Position numbers and translations under genes: made by a program. A stretch of DNA of 64,000 nucleotides from Nitrosopumilus sp. GTDB taxonomy: Archaea > Thermoproteota > Nitrososphaeria > Nitrososphaerales > Nitrosopumilaceae. The notes beneath the pieces are model-generated. The model did no database searches, was not told the origin of the DNA, and worked only from the letters and a program-made list of their open reading frames with translations. Below are positions 53,123 through 63,935 of the stretch, in pieces. Where the stretch lies: NCBI GenBank assembly GCA_965207445.1, contig CBDBLX010000002.1:1207849-1271848 (forward strand), given 5' to 3'. Every line of letters begins with the position of its first letter. Position 1 is the first letter of the stretch.

Positions 53123-54898
53123 ATGATAAAAATCGCAACGATCGTCATATTGATGACTGTTATGTTCGTTGTAACACAACCACTATCTGCACATGGCGCA
53201 TCTTACACATTAACAGAAAAGGTAGAGTTCGGCTCAGCACTAGAAGAGACCTTGGGACATTTCAAGGCACTTGAGGACAATCTTGATGCTGGAGATGGTG
53301 TAAATGCAGCAGTACATGCAACACACCCGATAGCAGAACTCTATGACTTGATGAAACCTGTACTAATGTCAGCCAATACTGGTCTTGATGAGAGATTCAA
53401 CACAATACTAGTCGAGCTCAAAGACAAGGCAAGTACACAGGTGAGTAGAAGCCAAGCGCAAAGTGCAATTGATGATGCAAAGGATATAGTTGAGGAAGCA
53501 CGAATGACCATAATTGGAGCAGACTTGAGTTCTGATCCAATGTTCAAGTTAATGCTGATGCTGACACTTTTAGAAACATCCGCAGCAGAGTATAAAGAAG
53601 CAGTATCAGACGGTACGATAGTAAACATGCCAGAGTTCCAAGATGGCTCTGCGTTTGTATGGCGTGCTGAACAGATACTAGACACAATAGAAGATGATTT
53701 GGATACACGAGACTATATGGAACTCAAAGAAATGTTTGTACAGATAAACACTGCATATGATCAAAGAGTTGATCCATCTGTAGTTGACCAACGTACTGCA
53801 CGTTTGCTTGCATCAGTAGAAGTACATAGTACATCTTACAAATCAGAAAAGGTAGAGTTCGGCTCAGCATTAGAAGAGACCTTGGGACACTTCAAGGCAC
53901 TTGAGGACAATCTTGATGCTGGAGACGGTGTAAATGCAGCAGTACATGCAACACACCCGATAGCAGAACTCTATGACTTGATGAAACCTGTACTAATGTC
54001 AGCCAATACTGGTCTTGATGAGAGATTCAACACAATACTAGTCGAACTCAAAGACAAGGCAAGTACACAGGTGAGTAGAAGCCAAGCGCAAAGTGCAATT
54101 GATGATGCAAAGGATATAGTTGAGGAAGCACGAATGACCATAATTGGAGCAGACTTGAGTTCTGATCCAATGTTCAAGTTAATGCTGATGCTGACACTTT
54201 TAGAAACATCAGCAGCAGAGTATAAAGAAGCAGTATCAGACGGTACGATAGTAAACATGCCAGAGTTCCAAGATGGCTCTGCGTTTGTATGGCGTGCTGA
54301 ACAGATACTAGACACAATAGAAGATGACTTGGATACACGAGACTATATGGAACTCAAAGAAATGTTTGTACAGATAAACACTGCATATGATCAAAGAGTT
54401 GATCCATCTGTAGTTGACCAACGTACTACACACTTGATTATATCAATAGAAACAATTTTGGGAGTTTCTGGTGGTAGTGGTGATGATGATGAAGAAGATG
54501 GTCTACTCCGATACGTAGAGAACATTAACGAACTTTTGGAGAGTGCACGAAACGAATACAATGCTGGCAACAATGATCTTGCACTAAGTCATGTTACAAA
54601 TGCATACTTGAATAACTATGAGTTCTTGGAAGGCCCACTTGTGGATGCAGGTGAGAGAGAACTAATGGAAAAAGTCGAGATAATGATGCGTGAAGATTTA
54701 CGAAACATGATAAAACAAGGTGCACCTGCATCACAAGTCAGTGATCTAATCGATCAAATTTTGATTGAGATGGAGGCTGTAGCTGTTGTGGTGCCTGAAT
54801 TTGGCATCATGGTAATTGTGGTACTTGCAGCGGCAGTAATGATTGTGCTTGTTGCCACACGTAATCGCAACATGTTAAGTTTGAGTTCATATAATTAA
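53123..54898 (+). CDS. PEFG-CTERM surface protein with internal 210-aa tandem duplication (probable metal/iron binding)
   Basis: Signal peptide; two near-identical domains (GHF, HATHP, EFQDG); FTR1-like helical domain; VPEFG + TM helix. Confidence 0.9.
   Translation: MIKIATIVILMTVMFVVTQPLSAHGASYTLTEKVEFGSALEETLGHFKALEDNLDAGDGVNAAVHATHPIAELYDLMKPVLMSANTGLDERFNTILVELKDKASTQVSRSQAQSAIDDAKDIVEEARMTIIGADLSSDPMFKLMLMLTLLETSAAEYKEAVSDGTIVNMPEFQDGSAFVWRAEQILDTIEDDLDTRDYMELKEMFVQINTAYDQRVDPSVVDQRTARLLASVEVHSTSYKSEKVEFGSALEETLGHFKALEDNLDAGDGVNAAVHATHPIAELYDLMKPVLMSANTGLDERFNTILVELKDKASTQVSRSQAQSAIDDAKDIVEEARMTIIGADLSSDPMFKLMLMLTLLETSAAEYKEAVSDGTIVNMPEFQDGSAFVWRAEQILDTIEDDLDTRDYMELKEMFVQINTAYDQRVDPSVVDQRTTHLIISIETILGVSGGSGDDDEEDGLLRYVENINELLESARNEYNAGNNDLALSHVTNAYLNNYEFLEGPLVDAGERELMEKVEIMMREDLRNMIKQGAPASQVSDLIDQILIEMEAVAVVVPEFGIMVIVVLAAAVMIVLVATRNRNMLSLSSYN
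53214..54427 (+). repeat. Near-perfect intragenic direct repeat (584 bp, period 630)
   Basis: 53214-53797 versus 53844-54427. Confidence 0.95.
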
Positions 54899-55571
54899 TG
54901 ACTCTTACACCCAATTTTTATTTAATAATTTTATACTATATAATAAAAATATAACTACATAAATATCTTATAAAATAACATTGAATCTATAATAAATAAT
55001 GATATTTAATTGAGGCTTACAATCTCAATACCAAAAAATGTTTGATAAGCGCCAGAATCATCACTGGTGCAAAGACGGTCTAATATTAAATTCCAGTTGT
55101 CACGTATCTTGATGACTGATTTTCTCAGTTTGTTGTGAACTTTTAAAATGTACTTTTATACGTGCTTATTTTTGATTGCCGGCATTATAAAAGGCAGGCG
55201 CAAAAAGTTCTTCTATACATACAACGTTGTAAAAACCATAATCAAAGATACAAAATTCCTGACGTATACAATCTTAAATTAATTTTTCAATGATTTTACG
55301 CATGACTGTGACCATTTTATCATTACTGGTCACACGATGTGCAAACAATTACCTGTTTGGTTCACCATTTGTGCTGTCATAAGTGAATGAAACATCACGT
55401 ACAATTTTCGGGCTTTGTTTTTACCATCTCTGATTTGAGTGCCTTGTTTTATTAAAAGAACGTGGACAGTTGACAATTTACTTTTGAGCCCCGACTGTCC
55501 TACGCATGTGCCATTCTCGGTTCAAACTATACGGCTTTCTTATATACGAGATGAACCACTATTCTTAGATA

Positions 55572-56200
55572 ATGAAGGGAAGCAACTGGGGCGATTCAAC
55601 ATTCGTATTCACACGCTGTGACAAGGTGCTTGATACCAGTGGTAAAACAGTGTCCGTGCGCGACGCGCTTGCTCTTATCAACCAAACGCTGGATGAGATA
55701 CTGGCAGAGTGGGAGGGTGAGTTTGACTCCGATACACGGGTGGGCGCTAGTGTGGTTTGAGCAGTACTGGTTTGAGAGCGGCGACTTTGGCGTGGTCAAG
55801 ACGCTTTCAAAGGCAAAGAACACCGGTGTGTCTGGCATGGTGAGGGCGGCAATATTGAAGATGGGTGCTGGCAAGATGCGCCTTTTCTCCCCAGACGAGC
55901 TGTCAGAAGATTGGAATCAAAAAAAAAAGAGAAGAGATTTACAGTATGGGGGGCTACACACTACATGATGCACTCGCTTGAAAAAAGTGAATCAGATGCG
56001 GCCGAAATGATGGCAAGGCTTGACTTCGCGACAGAACCTACCAGGGAGATGATCTATTGACTTTATCACATGTGCGAGCAGAAAAAATATGCAAAGTAGG
56101 CTCAGGATTACAATACACTGGTTCAGATCTGTCCCAAGATTTCGAGACTGCCACGAAAAATTTTAACACAGCAAGCGCAACCATCAGAGAGGATAAAGCC
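55572..56200 (+). pseudogene. DUF1156 methylase C-terminal remnant (module 3)
   Basis: VSVRDALALINQTLDEILAE, WALVWFEQY and LSKAKNT fragments with frameshifts; part of a ~1.1 kb segment duplicated at 59555-60713. Confidence 0.7.
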
Positions 56201-56202
56201 GT

Positions 56203-56520
56203 ATGATGACTGCTGACATGCTCCCCATCATAGTGGATCGCATTGTTAAACGATTGGATCCTGCCGGCATCCTGCTCTTTGGCTCTCAAGCGCGAGGGGA
56301 TGCTAGGAGATGGAGTGATGTGGATCTGATGATTATAATGAGCAAGGTCTCAGACAAGCGCAAAACGGCGATCGAGATACAACGATTGCTAAAAGATCTA
56401 TTCATTAGTAAAGATATAGTGATAGTTACCACAGAAGAGATTAATCGCAAACGACACATAGTTGGCACCTTGATCCATGCCGCGCTTCGTGACGGGAGGA
56501 TGTTGTATGAACGATCATGA
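56203..56520 (+). CDS. MNT antitoxin (module 3)
   Basis: LLFGSQARGDARRWSDVDLMII. Confidence 0.9.
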   Translation: MMTADMLPIIVDRIVKRLDPAGILLFGSQARGDARRWSDVDLMIIMSKVSDKRKTAIEIQRLLKDLFISKDIVIVTTEEINRKRHIVGTLIHAALRDGRMLYERS

Positions 56521-56923
56521 TTCGGATATACAAAAGGAGGCACTCAAATGGTTGCAATTCACCAAAGGGGATCTTGATATGGCCACTCGGGCTATGAATA
56601 TGTAGCCAACTTCGCCCCGCCATGCCTGCTTGAACTCTCAACAGTCTGCAGAAAAGGCGATCAAGGCAGCTCTGCTGTTAGAAAAAGTTGATTTTCCACT
56701 CGTACACGATTTGGACATACTAAGAAGCCTACTGCCAAGTGGGTGGGCTGTACGTGACGCGCATGATGATCTGTACGAACTCAGCGGGTGGACAATCGAG
56801 GCAAGATATCCTGGTGACTGGCCCGAGCCCACAACTGCAGACGCGATTGGTGCAGAATCCAAGGCACGCGTGATTTATGAATCCATAGAGGCAGAATTCA
56901 AGCGCCGTGACGTCCTTAATTAA
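56507..56923 (+). pseudogene. HEPN toxin with a single in-frame TAG
   Basis: KWLQFTKGDL...*(56603)...QQSAEKAIKA, HDL, EARYPG. Confidence 0.88.
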
Positions 56924-56966
56924 TCCGCGCATGCGCCTAGACGTATGGTAGCCACTCATCGGGATC

Positions 56967-58806
56967 GTGCGAACCAACCTCCCTGACTGATATATTCATT
57001 TAAAATTTGAATATGAATAAATAAAATAATTTAGATTTTAAGGTTTTACGATAATATTTTTTCTCATATTTAAATTAATCTATCTAAATCAGTGGAAATA
57101 ATAAATACACTTATATGATCAAAGGTTTTTACCAATACTATGAGTCAAAAAAGACCAAACAAAGCAGACGATGCATGTATTCAATTAAAAATAAAATATG
57201 AAAAGAAAATTCAGCAACTTGAACAGAAAAAAGATGAAGCGTTAAAGAAAAAAGATGAAGCGTTAAAGAAAAAAGATGAAGCGTTAAAGAAAAAAGATGA
57301 AGCGTTAAAGAAAAAAGATCATATCATAAATACATTAAAGAGCCGTGTCAATACATTGGAAGAAGATAACTCAAACCTAGAAAAGAATAACACTGCTATA
57401 AAAAAACAAAGTCAGAAAAAAGACACAACCATACAAAATTATGAGACAAAGCTCAACTATTATGAGAATGCCCATATACCATCATCAAAGCAGGGAGCCA
57501 TACATCCAAATAAATCAAAAAACAATAAATCAAAAAATAATAAATCAAAAACATCTGCACAAAACAAAAACAACACAAATGGTGCAAAAACTGACAAGGC
57601 TAAACCCAACAAACGAAGCGGAGTTTTAGGGCATAATGGTGGCACTCATATATTCAAACCAACAGAAAAAAAGAGACATGTTGCTACATGTTGCCCAGAG
57701 TGTGGTAAAAACAACATACAAGACCTCCACAAGGATAAAAAACGGACAATAGTTTCGATACCTGAATTTGTCCCTCACACTGTCACACTACACAAAACTG
57801 CCCAGTACAATTGTCTTGACTGTGGTGCAAAATTTCAAGCTAAAAATAACCTTCCACCAAAAGGTCAGTTCGATTACTCTGTAATTCGCTATGTAACATA
57901 TCAATCCACGCACAGAAAGACCCCTAAAATGGTTTCAGAAGATTTAAAGAATCTGTTCAAACTAGATGTTTCTGATACGACAATTCGTAATATATACGAC
58001 CGTCAAACTGCAATGCTAAAACCCATAAGAGATGGTTTCATGGCAGAATTAGAAAAATCACGATCAGTAATCATGGATGAGACCGAATACAAAGGTGAGC
58101 CCAAAAGATGGATAATGGCAGTTAGAAACGATGACACCGTAGCGTACATGTACGCTCAGAATCGTAGTGCAACAGATCTCATAGCACAGGCCAAAAATTG
58201 TATTGGTGCAATAAGTCGAGATGGATATCGCGGATATGATACTGTATTCCCAAATCACATAAAACAGCGCTGCACACAACACATTGTGCGGGAGAGCAGA
58301 ACTATTTCAAATCGTAGTGAACTTGAATCTGCTACCAATCTGTACAATGAGTTGAACAAAAAATTTATCGCGTTGCGCAAATGGACTCGTGGCGACCGCT
58401 CTTTAAAGAGTAGGCGTTCATATGTTACAAAACTTCAAAAATGGTTGTGTGGTATAATATCTAGATACAAAAAAAGCAGATATGAAATAATGAAAAAGTT
58501 TGGCACCACACTAAAAAACGCAGCGCCCGAACTTTTTACATTTGTTTTGTATCCATTTGTCTACTCTACCACAAATATTGGAGAACAGTCAATGAAACCT
58601 GTAATAGGTCAGAGGAACAGTCATCTGCAGTTGAAGAGTGACAAGGGGGCAGAAAATCTCTGTGTGATGCTCAGTTGTGTTGAGACGTGGAAGCTGCGTG
58701 GACTAAATGTCTGGGAGGAGTTGTGTAAAATCATTGGCCCACCGTCTGATGATACATCTTAAAAATATATGATCATGTTATTATGCCAAAATAGGTTGGT
58801 TCACAC
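56967..58806 (+). mobile_element. IS66-family element B (1840 bp)
   Basis: TIR gtgcgaaccaacct / aggttggttcacac; 8-bp TSD tcgggatc at 56959-56966 and 58807-58814. Confidence 0.93.
57140..58762 (+). CDS. IS66-family transposase
   Basis: Coiled coil, PSSK, CPECG, MDET, DGYRGY, QRCTQHIVRE, TTNIGEQSMK. Confidence 0.9.
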   Translation: MSQKRPNKADDACIQLKIKYEKKIQQLEQKKDEALKKKDEALKKKDEALKKKDEALKKKDHIINTLKSRVNTLEEDNSNLEKNNTAIKKQSQKKDTTIQNYETKLNYYENAHIPSSKQGAIHPNKSKNNKSKNNKSKTSAQNKNNTNGAKTDKAKPNKRSGVLGHNGGTHIFKPTEKKRHVATCCPECGKNNIQDLHKDKKRTIVSIPEFVPHTVTLHKTAQYNCLDCGAKFQAKNNLPPKGQFDYSVIRYVTYQSTHRKTPKMVSEDLKNLFKLDVSDTTIRNIYDRQTAMLKPIRDGFMAELEKSRSVIMDETEYKGEPKRWIMAVRNDDTVAYMYAQNRSATDLIAQAKNCIGAISRDGYRGYDTVFPNHIKQRCTQHIVRESRTISNRSELESATNLYNELNKKFIALRKWTRGDRSLKSRRSYVTKLQKWLCGIISRYKKSRYEIMKKFGTTLKNAAPELFTFVLYPFVYSTTNIGEQSMKPVIGQRNSHLQLKSDKGAENLCVMLSCVETWKLRGLNVWEELCKIIGPPSDDTS

Positions 58807-59063
58807 TCGGGATCTGATCGGCGATGCAACGAAACTAATCCACTCTGTGCTTGTCATTTCTCTCGCGCGAACTCACAAGTCACTACAAGAAGAATCCTCA
58901 ATCCAAACTGCAAGAGATTGGGCAACCTCACCTATACTGCAAATGGATTTCCCCAGATGGACGTTGCTGCGCTCTTGAAGGTAATGGGGGAGTCTTGGAA
59001 TGATGTCTAAAAGAATACCATCGAGTATGTCGAGCAAAGTCTTGTAGGCGATCTGCGGGAAGT

Positions 59064-59520
59064 CAGTAGTTCGTAATGTCCCCAAATTTTAATGATCTTA
59101 TTTTTGATTATACAGTGCAGTAGATTTACTATAACAAGTAACTACCGTGCTCCAATTTCTATAAAGCAGTACTCTGATCAATCTTGTAATTGAATTCATA
59201 AACGCATTCATTGTAAATAATTTTCCACCAAAGTCTGTCGTAGTTTTCGTACCTTGCCATTATTTACAAACAGTATAACAATACTTCAAAAAAAAATCAA
59301 CAATAATTGGGGGACCTGCAAGGCGTTACTAGTTGTTTTTAAAGTCATGTTTTTTATCACTATAATCCTGTCTCTATTATATGGCCTTGTGACAAGTCTC
59401 TTGAATGGTTTTAATGAGTTTGCTTTTGTTAGTAATTTTCATATTTGTGGGAAATGCTACATACTGATCGATTATATCATCAGTTTCTTTGGCATTGTTT
59501 TTTCTTGATGGCAAATAATG
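59064..59520 (-). mobile_element. ISH3-like 3' remnant with terminus cagtagttcg
   Basis: Reverse complement homologous to 29790-30132. Confidence 0.6.
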
Positions 59521-60017
59521 TGAGCTCGACTGTTTTCTTGTTTTTGTCATGCGCCTTGATGACTGATTTTATCAGTTTGTTGTAAACTTTTAAAATGTAC
59601 TTTTATACGTGCTTATTTTTGATTACCGGCATTATAAAAGGCAGGCGCAAAAAGTTCTTCTATACATACAACGTTGTAAAAAACATAATCAAAGATACAA
59701 AGTTCCGGACGTATATTATCTCAAATTAATTTTTAATGATTTTACGCATGACTGTGACCATTTTACCATTACTGGTCACACGATGTGCAAACAATTACCT
59801 GTTTGGTTCACCATTTATGTGTCATAAATGAATAAAACATCACAGTACCATTTTTGGGCTTTGTTTTTATCATCTCTGATTTGAGTGCCTTGTTTTATTA
59901 AAAGAACGTGGACAGTTGACAATTTACTTTTGAGCTCGGACTGTCCTACGTATGTACCATTCTTGGTTCAAACTGTACGGCTTTATTATATACGAGATGC
60001 ACCATTATTCTTAGATA

Positions 60018-60727
60018 ATGAAGGGTGTCAGCTGGGATGATTCAACGTCTGTATTCACACCAATGATGCAATCAGCGTTTGATATGTTTGTGCTGAGCGG
60101 CAACTGGGATGATTCACCGTCTATATTCACACACTGTGACAATGTGCTTGACACCAGTGGTAAAACAGTGTCCGTGCGCGACGCGCTTGCTTTCATCAAC
60201 CAAACGCTGGACGAGATACTGGCAGAGTGGGAGGGTGAGTTTGACTCCGATACACGGGTGGGCGCTAGTGTGGTTTGAGCAGTACTGGTTTGAGAGCGGC
60301 GACTTTGGCGTGGTCAAGACGCTTTCAAAGGCAAAGAACACCGGCGTGTTTGGCATGGTAGGGGCAGGAATATTGAAGATGGGTGCTGGCAAGATGCACC
60401 TTTTCTCCCCAGACGAGCTGCCCGAAGATTGGAATCAAAAAAAAAGACAAGAGATTTACAGTATGGAGGGCTACACACTACATGATGCACTCGCTTGAAA
60501 AAAGTGAATCAATGACAGCAGATCTGATGACCAAACTTGGTTCTGATGCAGTGAATGCCAGGGAGCCTGCATACAGGCTTTGTCACATGTGTGAGCAGAA
60601 AAATTATGCGCAAGAGGCCCATGATTACAATGCACTGGTTCAGAGCTGGACTGAAATTTCCAAACTTTCAAGGGAAAATACACTGACATCGTCGTCGGAG
60701 GGGATGAAACAGTATGACAACCGCTGA
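60018..60727 (+). pseudogene. DUF1156 methylase C-terminal remnant (module 4)
   Basis: Frameshifted; ends YNALVQSWTEISKLS...QYDNR overlapping the MNT start. Confidence 0.72.
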
Positions 60728-61031
60728 ACTCATACCAGTTATGGTTGATCGCATAGCTGAGCAGTTTCACCCAACCCGAATCATACTATTTGGCTCTCAA
60801 GCGCGAGACGACACAACTAAATTCAGTGATGTAGATCTAATGGTTGTATTAAATCATATTTCAAACAAATATCAAACCACAATAGAAATTCTTGATTCGT
60901 TAAAAGATCTTCCCATAAGCAAAGATATCATAGTGGTTACTCCAGGTGAGATCGAACGTGAGGGTGATGTGGTGGGAACCATAACTTATGAGGCTCTTCG
61001 AGGAGGAAAGGTAATGTATGAAAAAAATTAA
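60714..61031 (+). CDS. MNT antitoxin (module 4)
   Basis: IILFGSQARDDTTKFSDVDLMVV. Confidence 0.9.
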   Translation: MTTAELIPVMVDRIAEQFHPTRIILFGSQARDDTTKFSDVDLMVVLNHISNKYQTTIEILDSLKDLPISKDIIVVTPGEIEREGDVVGTITYEALRGGKVMYEKN

Positions 61032-61452
61032 CAAAAATGTAAAAAAAGTAACACTGCGATGGCTGAAGTATTCCAATAATGATTTTACAAATGCATTGCA
61101 CATGATGAAGACAAAACCCGAATCAACTGCACTTGTGTACTGACTGTGTCAGCAGTCTGCAGAAAAGGCCATAAAAGCCGCTCTGGTATTGGAAAATATT
61201 CGTTTTCCATTTATACATGATTTGGAGATCATACTCGGCATGCTTCCTGAATATTGGATTGTGAAAAACAAACACGAGGATCTTGGCAAGCTTGGCGTGT
61301 GGACTGTCAATGCCAGATATCCCGGTGATTGGCCAGAGCCCTCTTACAAGGATGCAGTCATGTCAAAATCCATAGCGAATTCAATTTATGATTCTGTGGT
61401 TGCAGACTTTGAGCGTCACGGCATATATCTAGGAGATACACAAGGTGTATGA
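61018..61452 (+). pseudogene. HEPN toxin with a single in-frame TGA
   Basis: RWLKYSNNDF...*(61141)LCQQSAEKAIKAAL, HDL, ARYPG. Confidence 0.88.
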
Positions 61453-61453
61453 C

Positions 61454-62070
61454 ATGGCTCCAACTAACAAAGATCTTGTGGATAGTCAATGAATGCCCTA
61501 AGGTCTGGACTCGCACCATTTGTGTCACGTGAGTTCAACGGGATATATGAAAAGCAATCGGAACAGAAACTGCAGGAGATACTAGGTAAGTCTGCATGTG
61601 ATTCAAGGAAAATACACGCGATGGATGTGCATGCGTTGTTAAAGGCAATGTGGGGCTCGTGAAACGACATATATTGAGATATTCTGGAATATACAGAACA
61701 CAGTCTTGTAAGTGAATTATTGGTAATATGTGCCAACAGTCAACATAACACCACATTTTCCAGTGATGATGCATATCGAGCACTCGACTCAACGCACCGG
61801 CTCCTTTTGTCAATTTCTACACCTGCCGGCAAAATAGAATCAATGAAGATGGATCTTTTACACAAACGTTATGATGAATATGCCAGAACTCAGAGGCGCA
61901 AGACTGCGGGCACGACAGTTACTGCTCAGGCTACTGGGGGACTTACCCGTGGCGCGAGGTGATAAGTCCTCACTGCGATGTAGCCAATGGTAGATGTCAA
62001 CAAGCAGAATTTGCAGCAGACCTATGGCAGGTTCATCTTGGCGAGGGTTCTTCAGAGTATAACGATCCTC
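61454..62070 (+). pseudogene. DUF499 ATPase (Swt1-HEPN N-terminus) pseudogene, truncated
   Basis: GLAPFVSREF, FSSDDAYRALDS, WREVISPH.DVANG..QQAEFAADLWQV; cut by the IS630 fragment. Confidence 0.78.
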
Positions 62071-62290
62071 AGGTATCTGAAGGCACTGATCAGTCACTTC
62101 GACAAGGTCACACTGATCCTGGACAACGCGCCGTAACACAAGGCCCTGATCGTGCGGGAATATCTGGAGGACAAATTCAACGTGAGGATCATAAGGCTTC
62201 CGAGGGCGACGCCGGAACTCGGCGTGGTCGAGGAATAATGGCACCCGTCAAAGCGGGATCTTCTGGTCAGCAAGTATTATTCCACGGTAG
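62071..62290 (+). mobile_element. IS630-family transposase fragment
   Basis: LILDNAP*HKA...LPRATPEL..VEE*W. Confidence 0.75.
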
Positions 62291-62304
62291 TGCATAATAG
62301 TTTC

Positions 62305-62394
62305 ATTAAAGATCCGATAGTTTTCTAATATTTTGTATTCATAATATGTGTTCAACTTCAAGATAAATATCAATCAAAATATCGGATCTTTAAT
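62305..62394. repeat. 90-bp element bounded by a perfect 15-bp inverted repeat
   Basis: attaaagatccgata / tatcggatctttaat. Confidence 0.7.
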
Positions 62395-62538
62395 CATATC
62401 AGTATGCACATACGCCATGCCCTGTCAGACTATTTTCGAACGGCCCTACCCAAACACGATGCGATGAAATTCATTAACAGAAGATCTCTGCTCTGCAAAA
62501 AACTTTTGATCGCCACTATGGCACGTCAGATCAAAACA

Positions 62539-63000
62539 TTAATCTTGTTTTCTTATTTTTATCACAGGGGTTGTATTGACCGCGTAGTTTGGTTCGCCTT
62601 CTTTGGTATAAGATCGTTTCTTACTGATCTGCCCTGCAACAGTTCTTACGCTTAGTACCCTCCCATTGCTCAGGTCATACACGCTGAAATTTTCGCGCAA
62701 AGGCACTGCCTCCATGTCATCCTCTGTAATTTCATTCGACTGTGTGTCGGAAGCATGTAATTGAAATGATCCGGGTTTGCGTTTTTCCTTTGGAACATAT
62801 ACTGCCACGATGTTTGTAAAATTCACATCAAAATTTTGTGGGGAGGTTGGATCTACCAACACATGGTTTACACGGAACAGTACTTTTATTATGGTACCAT
62901 CCTTTAGCTTGTAATAACTGTATTCTTCTTTTCTGGGAGTAGCCGTAATGTACCCCATATCTCTAATGTTGCCCTCAATCTCTTCAACAGGTACCGTCAA
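62539..63000 (-). CDS. Hypothetical protein with two similar halves, downstream of hicA
   Basis: 153 aa; EEYSYYKLKDGTIIKV resembles ENFSVYDLSNGRVLSV. Confidence 0.7.
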   Translation of the reverse strand: MTVPVEEIEGNIRDMGYITATPRKEEYSYYKLKDGTIIKVLFRVNHVLVDPTSPQNFDVNFTNIVAVYVPKEKRKPGSFQLHASDTQSNEITEDDMEAVPLRENFSVYDLSNGRVLSVRTVAGQISKKRSYTKEGEPNYAVNTTPVIKIRKQD

Positions 63001-63012
63001 TGTCCATTCAAA

Positions 63013-63231
63013 TCAAAACTCGTTTTTAAACTCTTCTACGGATATACCGGCTTGCGCCAAGATCGCCCTTATGAGCCCTTTCCCCAGCTTTGCATTACCG
63101 TGTCGTGGTACTTGTGTGCGCTTGCCTGCTTTGTGTAATACCACATGGCGCCGTCCTTGATACGGGATAAATCCCTTGCGCATTAGGTATTTTATCATAT
63201 CTTGGTTGGATGCGACGGGTAGTTTTGGCAT
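63013..63231 (-). CDS. hicA: HicA-family toxin
   Basis: KLPV...GF...GRRHVVL...VPRH...LGKGLIRAILAQAGIS. Confidence 0.88.
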   Translation of the reverse strand: MPKLPVASNQDMIKYLMRKGFIPYQGRRHVVLHKAGKRTQVPRHGNAKLGKGLIRAILAQAGISVEEFKNEF

Positions 63232-63510
63232 TTAAATCGATATAATCGACAACAAGTTAAATTCCTTACTTGGCCTACCCAACGAATCTAACATATCAGA
63301 AACTGCATACCATGTGTTTTTCATCGCCTCCTGTTCGTTTGCTCCATCCGTAACCACACCGGGAAGATCCGGGCAGGTGGCCACAAAGCGCCCGTCTTCA
63401 TCTTGTTGCAGGACGATTTGATACGAGACTATCTGTGGATCGGTTGTTGGATATTTTGCAGTATATGTGCCCAAGTGGGTGGGGGGCGTAATGGATACTA
63501 CATGTGACAT
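63232..63510 (-). CDS. hicB: HicB-family antitoxin (short)
   Basis: YQIVLQQDEDGRFVATCPDLPGVVTDGANEQEAMKN; likely start MSH at 63510. Confidence 0.88.
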   Translation of the reverse strand: MSHVVSITPPTHLGTYTAKYPTTDPQIVSYQIVLQQDEDGRFVATCPDLPGVVTDGANEQEAMKNTWYAVSDMLDSLGRPSKEFNLLSIISI

Positions 63511-63935
63511 ACCTGTTACTATTAAGAGGGGTAATTTAAGCAAAACTGTCGGAGATCCGTAACTGGTTAAGTTGAGCACAATGTCAAACTGGTCCGGGGC
63601 AATGACGTATGGGTCGAGATAGAGGACATCGGGGCAGACAGTACAGATATACCTGTACTGGATGGCCGCGTCTGATGAGTCCATCTACTACACGATCACC
63701 AAGACGAACAGCAGATACGAAAGTACTGACCTGAGATGGAGGACGGCCGCATGGACTCCAGCACACATGAATAGTGTTGGCGACGGAGATGGTGGCGTCT
63801 TGGCAAGCCCGCCTACAAAACAATCCCACTCGATACTATATGACCGCAGGACTGGCTAGGACGATAGACGACTCAGACAGCCATGCTGGCTGGCAACAAA
63901 CAGCTGGTTCAGCGGCACCGTCAACGACAATTAGG

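Noticed and set aside
56603..61143. Pyrrolysine or selenocysteine readthrough of the single TAG/TGA in HEPN genes
   Set aside because: The stops are different codons at different positions, other copies are frameshifted or truncated, and no recoding machinery is seen; nonsense mutation is simpler.
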